Part shown: one piece after another, positions 13,168-26,389 of the stretch
Layout of the letters: each line of letters starts with the position of its first letter
Numbering within the stretch: the first letter of the stretch is position 1
DNA from: Eledone cirrhosa
Lineage: Eukaryota
NCBI GenBank assembly: GCA_964016885.1
Contig: OZ024746.1
Coordinates: 54,560,001-54,624,000, forward strand
Length of the DNA: 64,000 nucleotides
Reading direction: 5' to 3'
Translations under genes and position numbers: made by a program
The notes under the pieces: generated by a model
Databases searched by the model: none
Told to the model about the DNA's origin: nothing
The model's input: the letters and a program-made list of their open reading frames with translations, nothing else

Positions 13168-13411
13168 GCATGTCTGTGTACATCGATTTACGCATAATTG
13201 GTTTCCTAATTAAACCATATCTGTATGTCTGTCTTTCTCTTTATAGAGCAGAGCTATATTTGTAATTGTCTTTAATCACGCTGTATGTCTGTCTGCCTGT
13301 ACTCCTTCCTCATTCTCCATTTCTATCTAAATCTCTCTCTATACACACATTTATATAGGCCGATATACATACATTTATATATATGTATATATACATATAT
13401 ATATATATACG

Positions 13412-13489
<78 letters not shown>

Positions 13490-13626
13490 TATACATAATT
13501 ATATGCATATACATATGTATATATATATATATATATATATAACTTTGAATAACTTTGAAATGTTTTGGCCAGTATTGGCCCAGGCCATGTCTAACTTAAT
13601 AGCACCACCTGGCGAAGTCTTTCAAT

Positions 13627-16600
13627 TCAGGATTTGGGCACCATGGCCCATTCGAGAAGAGAATTACTGTTTGCGGAGACATATCCGGGTGTGGGTGGTT
13701 TGTCCGGGATTACTTGGAGGAATTTGTCCAAAGACTTCTTGAATTTTGTGTGGTCAGTTTCTGTTTTGACGTGTCCTGGTGTGATGTTGAAGAGAGCAGG
13801 GCCGATTGAGGTGAAATAATTGTGCCGTATTGTTGTTATGAGTTGCGATTTAGATTTTTGAATGGGACGGATAGCACGGGGCCCAAGCCTTGGGTGTATC
13901 TTGAAGGCGATGCCAACATCATTTGGGCAGTGATGGTGGAACATTTTCCACATCATGCAGATAATATAACGCTCACGGCGACGTTGGAGTGAGTAAAGTT
14001 TCAGGTTTTCTAATCGACCCCAGTAGTCAAGGTCTGACATGCCATCTATCTTTTTCGTGATTGCCCTTTGAGGAGCTTCAAGTTTCATGATACTTTGTTT
14101 CGTGTGGGGAGACCACAGTGGACAACAGTATTCAAGGTGTGGTCGGGCAAAAGTAGAGAAGAGAAGGATAATGGTGCGGGAATCTCTCGACTGGAAGGTT
14201 CTGAGGATCCAGGAACATTCTGCGGGCCATGTCAACTTTGCTGCTTATATGCGTGGTCCAGCTTATGTTGCTGTCCACGGTTACTCCCAAGTCTCTGATG
14301 TTGTTAGATGCCACGAGAGTTTCCCCGGAGGGAAGGGAGTACGGGAGTTTCAGAGCATCCTCTTTTCCAAAGTGGATCAGTTCGAATTTGTCTTCGTTCA
14401 GTAACATGTTGTTCTTTTCCGCCCATTGGGTAACAGCCAGGTCTGACTGAAGGCTTATCCGGTCATCCACGCCATTGATGACCTTTTGGAGCCTGGAATC
14501 ATCAGCGAAAATTTTAATGTTGCTGTGTTTGATGATGTCAGTGATGTCATTAATATAGATGATGAAGAGAAGTGGGCCCAACACAGTGCCTTGTGGGACC
14601 CCACTACTGACTTTGGCTGGGCTGGATTTGACTCCCTCAACTACAACATGTTGGGTTCTGTTTGACAGGAAGCTCTTGATCCACTGCAGCAGCTTTCCAG
14701 TGACACCAATATTGGACAGCTTTCTCAGTAGAATGTTATGATCAACCCTGTCAAAGGCCTTGCTGAAATCAAGGTAGATAACATCAGTGTTGGAACCCTC
14801 TCCCAAGGCTCTCAAAATGTCATCAAAGTGATGCAGTAGCTGCGTCAGGCAATCCCTTCCATTACGGAATCCATGCTGGTTGGAGTTCAGCATATTGTTA
14901 CTCTCAAGGAAGTGGGTCATTCGCGATCTCACCACTCTCTCAAATACCTTAATGATATGAGAGGTGAGTGAGATTGGACGGTAATTCACGGCAAGGGATT
15001 TGTTTCCCTTTTTGAAAACTGGGACAACAGACTGGGATAGAAGGTTTTCTGGCACATATCCAGCATCCAGTGAGTTCCGCCACAGATTGGCAAGAGGAGA
15101 TGCAAGTTGGTGTTGACACGCCTTCAAGACACAAGCAGGGAACCTATCGGGACCTACTGCTGAATTATGCTTGATTTCCTTTATTGCCGCCAAGACATCA
15201 GGGGCGCCAAACGTTATGTCCGATAAGGTGTAATGGGGAGTAACATCGCCGATACAGCCCAGATCGGCCATATCAGGATTGCTGAAAACAGAGCAGTATT
15301 GTTTCTGCAGTATCTCACCCATGGTTTTAGCATTGTCTTGAAGAGTGCCATTTTCATCAATTAGAGGGCCAACAGTAGAGCCAGTGATTTTGTGTTTTTT
15401 TGCAAATGAAAATAACACTTTGGGATTGAGTTTGATCTTCTCAATGGCCCAGGCCTCTTCAGCTCTTCTCTGATTGTTGATGAGGGACATTATGTTGTTT
15501 TGGAGGTTATGTTTTTTAATCTCTAGTGATGAAATGGCAGTCAAGTTGATGTGTTGCTGCTGATAGTATTTCAGCTTGTTGATTTTTTTGTTCGTTCTCT
15601 TAATTTTTCTGATGAGCGTTTTTCTATTTCTAGTGATTCTGCTCTTAGATTTGTTTATAGTTCTTAATGGGGTGTGTTTAGCACATATGTTTGTAACAGT
15701 GTCCACAAATGTCTGCCAGGACTTTTTGATGTTAGTGGGTGTATGAGTGTGCGTGAAGGACCAGTCGACATGTGCAAGATCATGACTGATCGCTTCCCAG
15801 TTTGCATTGTGGAAATCCATAGCGTCAAACGGATGGACAGGAGAGATGACATTGGGTTTGTATATTGGTCGGTGGAATCTCAGATCACAGAGAACCATGT
15901 CATGATCAGAGAGTAGAGTTTTCTCCACTGCAATATTGTGGATATTGTCAGTGTGATTGCTGAAAATTAAGTCTAGGACGTTTTTGTGGGACCTCGTTGG
16001 TTCGAGCACCAGTTGGGATAGGAAGAAATCATCCATGAAGTCAAGAAGCGATTCCACAGCTTCCCTGTCAGAGGTTTAGGCAGAAGAACCTGGTGGCAGG
16101 CTGTTTGTGGACCAGTCAACTCCGGGGAGGTTGAAGTCCCCCATCATTAAGATGTTGTCAGGGTGACACTCTTGGATGAAACACTTTATGCTGTTGAGGC
16201 ATTCCTTGAAGCATGGTACATGCGTTTGGGGTGGCCTATAGAGCCCAACTACTAATAGGTTGTTGGTTTGACTGAATACAGTGACTGCCTCACAGTATCC
16301 ATTAGTGAATATGTTCATAGCCTCTGTTGAGAAAGAATTATGGACATAAATGGCAGTTCCACCCTTTCTTCTACCAGCGCGATCAGCACGGATGGCTTTG
16401 AAATTTTTCACTTTCACCTCGGCTTCCAAGTGGAGGTTACTGAGATGGGTTTCAGTGAGGACGAAGAAAGGGATGTGGTTTGGATGGACATCAATCCAGT
16501 CCTCCAGGAATTTGATCTTCCATTTTTGAGTATTGGTGGAAGAGCTGATGCCTTGGGCGTTAAGCAAAAATGTAGAGGCGAGAGTGGATGGTTTTAATTG

Positions 16601-16642
16601 TTTTGGTGTGTTGTTAATTTGTTTGTTTGTTAATGGCAGCAA
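13627..16642 (-). pseudogene. LINE ORF2 (APE endonuclease + RT + C-terminal domain), ~1000 aa, disrupted
   Basis: APE motifs LNAQG, LTETHL, GLYRPP, MGDFNLP, LDLIF, SDH; RT motifs NYRPISLTS, YLDFSKAFD, GVPQGTVLGP, FADD; one in-frame TAA at 16076-78 and a 2-nt deletion near 14215. Confidence 0.92.
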
Positions 16643-17823
16643 TGGGAGTTTGTGCAGTGGGGTGATAGTGGAGGGTGGTGCTGGGTGATAGCTCGAATGT
16701 TTTTTTCCAGTTCTTTTGCCAGATTCATTATGGCTAAAAAAGAGGAAGAAGTTTCCTGTTTAGAAGACTGTTGGTGACTGTGGTAGTGGTTATTTTTATG
16801 TAGGTTATGGTTTTTGTTTTTGCTTTTATTTTTAATTTTATTTTCATTTGTCCGACGGGTCCCCGGGAGATGGGTAAAGGGACAATCCCGGTCTAAACAC
16901 AATCTGTCTCGCAGGGAAAAGCGGCAGATTTGTGGATTCCTTGTTTGAGTTATTGGTGGTTGTGTTGGTGTTAAATTAGAGTATGTATTATGGTGGTGGC
17001 TGTTTGTGGGGATAGATCGTTTTGTCCTAGGTAAATGGGTGAATTTGCAGCCACTATCCGTACATATTCTATAGCGTAGAGAGTAGCGGCAAATGATGGG
17101 GTTTCGAGTGGGTGGGTATGTTGGTGTGTGTGTTGTGAGAGGTGTAGATGATGGTTTGGGTAGGATTTGACGACCTTTGTGGACTGTGGGAGGGAGAGTT
17201 CTTGTTCTGGTATTAGAAGGTAAATTCCTTGACATAGCAGTAGACAAAAATGTTGTAGTAGTAGTAGTAGTAGTAGTAGGCAGAGATGTTGGCAGTGGTG
17301 ATGATTGGACTGCTGGGCCAGAGAAAGGATGTGGCGCTTCATGCTGTGAGACAGAGGCTACTGGGGGGTCAATAGTTTCATTTAGTAGATCGGCCATTGT
17401 TGATGAATCAAGGAGTGGTTCACACTGTTGTTGTCGTTGTTGTTGTTGTTGCTGTTGTTGATGTTGTTGTTGTAGCTGTTGTTGTTGTTGCCGTTGTAGC
17501 TGCTGTTGTTGTTGTTGCTGCTGCTGGACAGCATTCGAAGAAAAAACACACCGTAGTTTATCCAAATGTTTATTGATTAATTTAAAAGCAATTTCGATTT
17601 GCTTTAATTTATTTTGAATCTGTTGTTCAGATCGAGTTTTCAAAAATTGAACTGTACGTTTAGCAATGTCGTTCAGAGATGAAGCATCTATGTCTTCTGT
17701 TTGGGTAAGGCAATGCCATGTGTTTATTAGAATGTCGATTTCATTATCAGACCAGTTCTGTTTGGATTTTTGCTGGTTAGCCATTCTAGTTTTGAGTGTG
17801 TGTGTTTTAGTTAAGTATTTCAA
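16630..17823 (-). CDS. LINE ORF1, 397 aa: Myb/SANT-like N-terminus, coiled segment, polyQ, Pro/Thr linker, two CCCH zinc fingers
   Basis: WSDNEIDILINTW...RSEQQIQNKLK; ICRYSLRYRICTDSGCKFTHLP and ICRFSLRDRLCLDRDCPFTHLP (C-x8-C-x4-C-x3-H); uninterrupted frame. Confidence 0.85.
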   Translation of the reverse strand: MKYLTKTHTLKTRMANQQKSKQNWSDNEIDILINTWHCLTQTEDIDASSLNDIAKRTVQFLKTRSEQQIQNKLKQIEIAFKLINKHLDKLRCVFSSNAVQQQQQQQQQLQRQQQQQLQQQHQQQQQQQQRQQQCEPLLDSSTMADLLNETIDPPVASVSQHEAPHPFSGPAVQSSPLPTSLPTTTTTTTTTFLSTAMSRNLPSNTRTRTLPPTVHKGRQILPKPSSTPLTTHTPTYPPTRNPIICRYSLRYRICTDSGCKFTHLPRTKRSIPTNSHHHNTYSNLTPTQPPITQTRNPQICRFSLRDRLCLDRDCPFTHLPGTRRTNENKIKNKSKNKNHNLHKNNHYHSHQQSSKQETSSSFLAIMNLAKELEKNIRAITQHHPPLSPHCTNSHCCH

Positions 17824-17919
17824 TATATATATATATATATTTTTTTTATTTTTTTTTTATTTATCTTTGTTTTTTGTTTCTCTTGTGTGTGAGTGAGAAG
17901 AGTATATATATAAATATGA

Positions 17920-17985
<66 letters not shown>

Positions 17986-18212
17986 TCTGGTTATTTGAAA
18001 TTAATTAAGTTAATGAAAAGACGAAAGTATATAATAATAATTTGTAGTTAAAGGAAAATGTACTCACAAGTTCGAAAACACGTGGTTTCAAATATATAAT
18101 AATATATTATAGATGTATGTAAATGTATTAACCGGTCAATTTTCAAATATATAATAATATAGATGTATGTAAATGTATTAACCGGTCAATTTTTGTTTGT
18201 TTGGTTTTGTTT

Positions 18213-18946
<734 letters not shown>

Positions 18947-18947
18947 T

Positions 18948-20772
18948 ATTGATGAAAATGGCACTCTTCAAGACAATGCTAAAACCATGGGTGAGATACT
19001 GCAGAAACAATACTGCTCTGTTTTCAGCAATCTTAATATGGCCGATCTGGCTGTATCGGCGATGTTACTCCCCATTACACCTTATCGGACATAACGTTTG
19101 GCGCCCCTGATGTCTTAGCGGCAATAAAGAAAATCAAGCATAATTCAGCAGTAGGTCCCGATAGGTTCCCTGCTTGTGTCTTGAAGGCGTGTCAACACCA
19201 ACTTGCATCTCCTCTTGCCAATCTGTGGCGGAACTCGCTGGATGCTGGATATGTGCCAGAAAACCTTCTATCCCAGTCTGTTGTCCCAGTTTTCAAAAAA
19301 GGAAACAAATCCCTTGCCGTAAATTACCGTCCAATCTCACTCACCTCTCATATCATTAAGGTATTTGAGAGAGTGGTGAGATCGCGAATGACCCACTTCC
19401 TTGAGTGTAACGATATGCTGAACTCCAACCAGCATGGATTCCGTAATGGAAGGGATTGCCTGACGCAGCTACTGCATCAATTTGATGACATTTTGAGAGC
19501 CTTGGGAGAGGGTTCCAACACTGATGTTATCTACCTTGATTTCAGCAAGGCCTTTGACAGGGTTGATCATAACATTCTACTGAGAAAACTGTCAAATATT
19601 GGTGTCACTGGAAAGCTGCTGCAGTGGGTCAAGAGCTTCCTGTCAAACAGAACCCAACATGTTGTAGTTGAAGGAGTCAAATCCAGCCCAGCCAAAGTCA
19701 GTAGTGGGGTCCCACAAGGCACTGTGTTGGGCCCACTTCTCTTCATCATCTATATTAATGACATCACTGACATCATCAAACACAGCAACATTAAAATTTT
19801 CGCTGATGATTCCAAGCTCCAAAAGGTCATCAATGGCGTGGATGACCGGATAAGCCTTCAGTCAGACCTACTGGCTGTTACCCAATGGGCGGAAAAGAAC
19901 AACATGTTACTGAACGAAGACAAATTCGAACTGATCCACTTTGGAAAAGAGGATGCTCTGAAACTCCCGTACTCCCTTCCCTCTGGGGAAACTCTCGTGG
20001 CATCTAACAACATCAGAGACTTGTAAGTAACCGTGGACAGCAACATAAGCTGGGCCATGCATATAAGCAGCAAAGTTGACATGGCCCGCAGAATGTGTTC
20101 CTGGATCCTCAGAACCTTCCAGTCTAGAGATTCCCACACCATTATCCTTCTCTTCTCTACTTTTGCCCGACCACACCTTGAATACTGTTGTCCACTGTGG
20201 TCTCCCCACACGAAACAAAGTATCATGAAACTTGAAGCTCCTCAAAGGGCAATCACGAAAAAGATAGATGGCATGTCAGACCTTGACTACTGGGGTCGAC
20301 TAGAAAAGCTGAAACTTTACTCACTCCAACGTCGCCGTGAGCATTATATTATCTGCATGATGTGGAAAATGTTCCATCATCACTGCCCAAATGATGTTGG
20401 CATCGCCTTCAAGATACACCCAAGGCTTGGGCACCGTGCTATCCGTCCCATACAAAAATCTAAATCGCAACTCATAACAACAATACGGCACAATTATTTC
20501 ACCTCAATTGGCCATGCTCTCTTCAACATCACACCAGGACACGTCAAAACAGAAACTGACGACACAAAATTCAAGAAGTCTTTGGACAAATTCCTCCAAG
20601 TAATCCCGGACAAACCACCCACACGCGGATATGTCTCCGCAAACAGTAATTCTCTTCTCGAATGGGCCATGGTGCCCAAATCCTGAATTGAAAGACTTCG
20701 CCAGGTGGTGCTATTAAGTTAGACATGGCCTGGGCCAATACTGGCCAAAACATTTCAAAGTTATTCAAAGTT
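18948..20772 (+). mobile_element. 5'-truncated copy of the same CR1/L2-group LINE (RT + 3' end)
   Basis: Near-identical reverse complement of 13541-15362; stop at 20024-26; same 3' terminus into (TA)n. Confidence 0.95.
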
Positions 20773-20805
20773 ATATATATAGATATGGATATATATATAT
20801 ATATA

Positions 20806-20877
<72 letters not shown>

Positions 20878-20931
20878 TATATATATATATATATATGCAT
20901 ATATATACATATATATATAAATATATATATA

Positions 20932-21135
20932 TATTGTTATACTTTGAGAGGGTCATGTTGCCAATAAGAAACACACGCACCGGTTGTTCACTTTAATTTA
21001 TTATAATAAATTTGCAGATTTAGGAATTTATAAATTTCCGCTTAGTTGGTTGGTTCTACAACCATATGGTTGTTTATATATTGTCAAAGTTCTTTCGTCA
21101 CACATTTCGTCACACATTCTGTGACCTCTTCAGAA
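20932..21135 (-). mobile_element. Solo pLTR tip (HHR + tail) of the 28.7-32.7 kb PLE family
   Basis: ttgttatacttt.agagggtcatgttgccaataagaaacac... matches 28706; reverse complement has ctgaagaggtcacagaatgtgtgacgaaa. Confidence 0.85.
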
Positions 21136-21170
21136 ACGAAATATATATAAGTATATATATTTACATATAC

Positions 21171-21227
<57 letters not shown>

Positions 21228-21344
21228 CATGTACGTCAATACTAATCTTTTTCCATTTCTCCGAGGGTCCTTAACCCCACTATCAGGCTGAATAATTTCT
21301 TTAATTTCTTTAGTCAAAATACGGCGATAGCTTACATTTCTAAT

Positions 21345-21515
21345 AATGGAGGGTCAGACGCCATGCTTTCCAGCATAGTTACGTCCCTTTACGATCTGAG
21401 TTCAAATCCCGCCGAGGTTGACTTTGCCTTTCATCCTTACGGGGTCGATAAAATAAAATACCAGTAATGCACTGGGTAATTGCTGGCCTTGTGCCTAAAG
21501 TATAAAAGAATTATA
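21345..21515 (+). mobile_element. SINE family A
   Basis: Head, core and tail. Confidence 0.9.
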
Positions 21516-21708
21516 TTTTATCTGATGAAAGCACACCATAATTTAACTTGGTGTCCTTGAAATATGTATAATGAAATAAATATGGTTTTATAAATATAGT
21601 TTGCATTTGTTAATATCGTATTTTTACTCCAAATATTTGTTCAGTGCTTTATATCAGTTATAAAAGGATTTGCTTGTTGTATCACAACAATTTAAATATA
21701 ACTTTTAC

Positions 21709-21806
<98 letters not shown>

Positions 21807-21927
21807 GATAGATAGATAGATATAATGTTGCGAATACATACTGGGTTGCACAGTTCTTTGAGGACACATCTTTTAATAGGTCTAACGTTTTTATAAATTG
21901 TCATGATTAACATTTCTTGTTAGATAA

Positions 21928-22062
21928 ATAATTGTTTCTACTTTAGGCACAAGGCCAGCAATTACTCAGTGCATTACTGGTACTTTATTTTATCGACCCC
22001 GTAATGATGAAAGGCAAAGTCAACCTCGGCGGGATTTGAACTCAGATCGTAAAGGGACGTAA
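21928..22062 (-). mobile_element. SINE family A, 5'-truncated
   Basis: Core and tail. Confidence 0.85.
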
Positions 22063-22135
22063 TAATGACAGATATCAGGCTAATTGAGGACATGAAAAGA
22101 AACGCTGTAATCGTTGCATTATTGGTACTGATCAG

Positions 22136-22220
<85 letters not shown>

Positions 22221-22236
22221 TATATATACATATGCA

Positions 22237-22328
<92 letters not shown>

Positions 22329-22593
22329 GCATACATATATTTATATACAATATATTAATAAATGGAAAATATATTTATAAAATCATATTTATTTTATTAT
22401 ATATATTTCAAGTGCAACCAAGGCAAACTATGGTGCGCTTTCTTCAGATAAAATACAGATTTGTTATATAAATAAATATTGACATACCCGAAAAAAAGAC
22501 AACCTTAATGGTTGGAGCTTCGTGGATAATTTTTAAGCTTGTTAAATCCTAACAAATTAAATATAATCTCTGCATATATATATATATATATAT

Positions 22594-23179
22594 ATATGAA
22601 TTAAAATAGACCGATAAACAGGACTGTCCTTCATCAGTAGTTTTGTGATTATAATTGGTATTTCTTTGCATTAAAGACTAGATACCTAAAATCAGTGCGA
22701 GCGATAACTAATTTAAGTTATCGGGACAGAGGAAAGTAAACAAACAACATCGTAAGGCCCACAAGATTCATTGACTTGTCTCTCGCTTTTCCTCTCTTTA
22801 CGTTGCATTACTACCATGTTGTTTGCTTACTTTCCTCTGTCCCGATAACTTAATTTAGTTATCGCTCGCACTGATTTTAGGTATCTAGTCTTTAATGCGA
22901 AGAAATACAATGATATTCAGAAGACTACTGATGATGGACAGTCCTGTTTCTCGGTGTATTTTCATTCATATATTCATATTTGCAACATCGCAGCAGGCCA
23001 TTTTTCATTCACACACACACACACACATACACACCCACACGCACACATATATATATATATAAATATAAATGTGTTTGTGTGTATGAATGAAAGATGGCGT
23101 GCTGCGTTGTCGCAAATATGAACATACGGAAGAAAATAGACCGAGAAACAGGAATGTCCATCATCAGTAGTCTTCTGAT

Positions 23180-23182
<3 letters not shown>
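22594..23182. mobile_element. Non-coding HHR-remnant family X: fold-back (22594-22972) plus an extra inverted tail (~23085-23182)
   Basis: ~160-bp inverted arms, each with ctactgatga.ggacagtcc; homologous to 39430-39700. Confidence 0.8.
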
Positions 23183-23247
<65 letters not shown>

Positions 23248-23249
23248 TG

Positions 23250-23430
23250 AAGGCGCGTGGCTGAGTGGGTAGAGAATTGGATTTACAATGTTGAGGTTGT
23301 GAGTCCGATACTTGGACCGGGCGATGCGTTATTTCTTTGAGCAAGACACATTATTTCAGGTTGTTCCTTCTGCCTGGAGTTGCGACCTGATAGATAGTAC
23401 GGGCAACTGGAAAGGCCAACGGAAACATTG
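23250..23430 (+). mobile_element. tRNA-derived SINE family B, 5' part
   Basis: ggcgcgtggctgagtggg...gagtccgata...tttctttgagcaagacacattattt. Confidence 0.7.
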
Positions 23431-23454
23431 ATGGGTCGATCCTTTTATATATAT

Positions 23455-23732
23455 ATAACATGGACCTATACATGTTTGTGTAAAAGTCTCTATGGTACAT
23501 GCGCCTATACATGTCTCTTAAAAAAGTATGTGTGTTACATGCACCTATACATATTTGATAAAAAGTCTCTGTGGTACATGCACCTATACATATTTGATAA
23601 AAGGTATCTGTGGTACATGCACCTATACATGTTTGAGTCAAAGTCTCTGTGGTCCATGCACCTATACATGTTTGATAATAAGTCTGCATGGTACATGCGA
23701 CTCTACAGGTTTCATAAAAAGTATGTGTGGTC
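23455..23732. repeat. ~39-bp minisatellite, about 7 copies
   Basis: Unit catgcacctatacatRtttgataaaaagtctctgtggta. Confidence 0.9.
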
Positions 23733-24380
23733 ATAGTATTACCGGGGAACGAGGTATCTTGTGAAGACTTGTGGGTTTGTTAGTAACGGGAATTTAGGTG
23801 CATTGCTATGGCGTTTGGGGTAGTTTTAGGCAAAGTAGTTTTCCTATATGCCCTGTCAGGATAATTAATAACCTTTTTTGGGTTGCACAAATCTTAGATA
23901 TTTACGGTGTTGTGGAAGTGATAATGGTAGTGTTGGTGGTGGTAATAGAAGCGCTGATAGTGGTGAAACTATGAAACCAACCATGCAGTCTTACCAACCA
24001 TTAATAATGACTTGCAGAAAAACCACCCTTCGGGTGGTTTTCTGCTAGCGTGTGTAGTGTGCATATTGATATAATACGCAAGTATATATGCATGTAGATA
24101 TGATACATCAAATAAAATCGTAATTGACAATATACACAGAAATTGAACGAAGACTGCGTTACACTGTCTTATGTAATCAGTAACGTAAGACGATATTATA
24201 TATAAACTGCATTAGGAGAAAATTAGTGACGGAAATATATGAATGTTTATTTAAGCGATCGCTGACCGGAAGTGTTGACATTTGAAAATTTGAAAGTGAA
24301 TCTTTAAATAAGTAATAAAATATATTTAATGAACAGCCACGAAATTTAGTAGATAAATTATGTAATATTCATTCATTATT

Positions 24381-24575
24381 GAGGGTGGTGAATTGGCAGT
24401 AACGGTAGAGGGTTGGATGCCATGCTTTCTAGCATAGTTACGTCCCTTTACAGTCTCAGTTCAAATCCCGCCGAGGTTAACTTTGCCTTTCATCCTTACG
24501 GGGTCGATAAAATAAAGTACCGGTAATGTACTGGGTAATTGCTGGCCTTGTGCCTAAAGTAGAAACAATTATTTA
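24381..24575 (+). mobile_element. SINE family A
   Basis: Complete head, core and tail. Confidence 0.9.
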
Positions 24576-24714
24576 TTCAAAGTAATCCAACTTATTTTAC
24601 AAACGGGATAAAAAAATATATTCTGGATGCAGTCCCGCACTGCTTACTTTATTATAGTTTAGATTTCTAGTATACGCACAACGCCAGTAATTTTTTTTTT
24701 TTTTTTGGGGGGGG

Positions 24715-24880
24715 GGGGTCGATTAAATCGACCCTAATACGTTACTTGTACTTTATTTTATCGACCGTAATACGTTACTGGTACTTTATTTTATCAACCC
24801 TGTAAGAATGAAAGGCAAAGTGGGATTTGAAGTCAGACCGCAAAGGGGTGTAGCTCTATGCTGCAAAGCATGGTGTCCAT
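24715..24880 (-). mobile_element. SINE family A, rearranged partial copy
   Basis: tactttattttatc duplicated; gaaaggcaaagt...gctgcaaagcatgg. Confidence 0.7.
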
Positions 24881-25124
24881 TAGTAATAATGGTATTGTTA
24901 TATAATAATACTGACCTAGTGACTATTACACAACCACCTCCACCGTTATCAACACTACCCCCACAATCAAAACCAAATCAGCCACAATTACCACCACCAT
25001 CACCATCATCTCTATCACCAGAACACCCTACTATCACGACTGCCAACAACATCATCACCATCATCTTCATCACCACCATGCCACTACATATATACACTAC
25101 ACCTTCATACCTTCCATTATGTTT

Positions 25125-25226
25125 CATTTCTGCCTCCTCTCGCTCTTTTATTTTCTCTGTTCTTCTTACTCATCTTTGCCTTTCTTTCTCTTTCTCTTTC
25201 TCTCTCCTAATCTCTCCCTTCCTCAC

Positions 25227-25261
<35 letters not shown>

Positions 25262-25445
25262 ATCCCCCTCTTCCACTCTCTATTCCTCTCTTTCTCTTCA
25301 TCTCTCTCTCTCTTCCTTTCTCTCTCTTCATCTCTCTCCCTTCCTCCCTCCTTCTCTATTTCCCCTCTATCACTCTCTTTCTTTCTCTATTATGCATTCA
25401 TTCTCTCTCTTTCTCTTTTTTCTCTTTCTCTCTCTTTCATCTCGA

Positions 25446-25490
<45 letters not shown>

Positions 25491-25805
25491 TATCCACCCC
25501 TTCTCCCTCTCACACACTTTCTATCTTCTACCACATAATTTTGTTACTCTTTTTCTTTAACATACAGCCTCTCTCTCTCTTTCTTACACATATACCTCCA
25601 CCTCTGTCTACTCTCTACTCTCACTCACCCCTTCTCTCTCTCTCTATCCCTCTCTATCCTCTCTCACTCTTTTCTATTTCACATAACCCCTCTCTATACT
25701 ACTGCCTCTCTCTCCTCCCTCACTCTTTTCTATCTCACATAACCCCTCTCTATACTACTATCACTCCGCCCTCTCTCTCTCCCCCTCTCCCCCCTCTCTC
25801 TCTCA
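25125..25805. repeat. CT-rich polypyrimidine low-complexity tract
   Basis: Direct reading. Confidence 0.85.
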
Positions 25806-26389
25806 GGCGCTATATTACTCTGTTACTAATACCATCGGAGCAGTAACTTAAATTAAACTGGGGCTTTTGAGAGTTAGATATTTAATCCGTTCAAAGTGTG
25901 TTTTGTGTGTGTATGGGGAGATAGTAAAGTGATTAAAGGCACAATCCATTGAACCTGTTGAACTATTGTAACCTTCTTGGATATTGGGAACGACAAAAGC
26001 AGCAACAACAGAATCAACAACACTAAAACAAAACAACATGAGAACAATAAGGGTATTACTAAGTACAATACAAAACAGAAAGAATGCACAATATCACCGA
26101 AGAGAACAAAAAGCCAGCCCTAGCAACAATAACAGCACAACACTAATGCTAACATCACCCATAGCAACAACAACAAAAATAATAACACAACAACAGCAAA
26201 ATGCCAATGCCAACAACGCCACCAACACCAGCAACGGCTCAACAACAACAATACCACAACAGGAACAATAAAATCTCACAACAGCAATAACACAATAGCA
26301 ACAATAAATTCTCACATCAATACCACAAAAGCAACAGCACAAAAATAAGAACACAAGATCCACGTCACAACAAAAAACAACAACATTAA

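Larger units (their letters stand above)
13541..17900 (-). mobile_element. Near full-length CR1/L2-group LINE
   Basis: ORF1 plus APE-RT ORF2, short 3' UTR ending (TTCAAAGTTA)x2 directly into (TA)n; both flanks are (TA)n. Confidence 0.95.

Noticed and set aside
24012-24048. Rho-independent terminator
   Set aside because: Eukaryotic DNA with no upstream gene; better explained as a Helitron-like end.
24808-25846. 250-aa Pro/Ser/Leu-rich ORF
   Set aside because: It starts inside a SINE and runs through CCA- and CT-rich low-complexity DNA.
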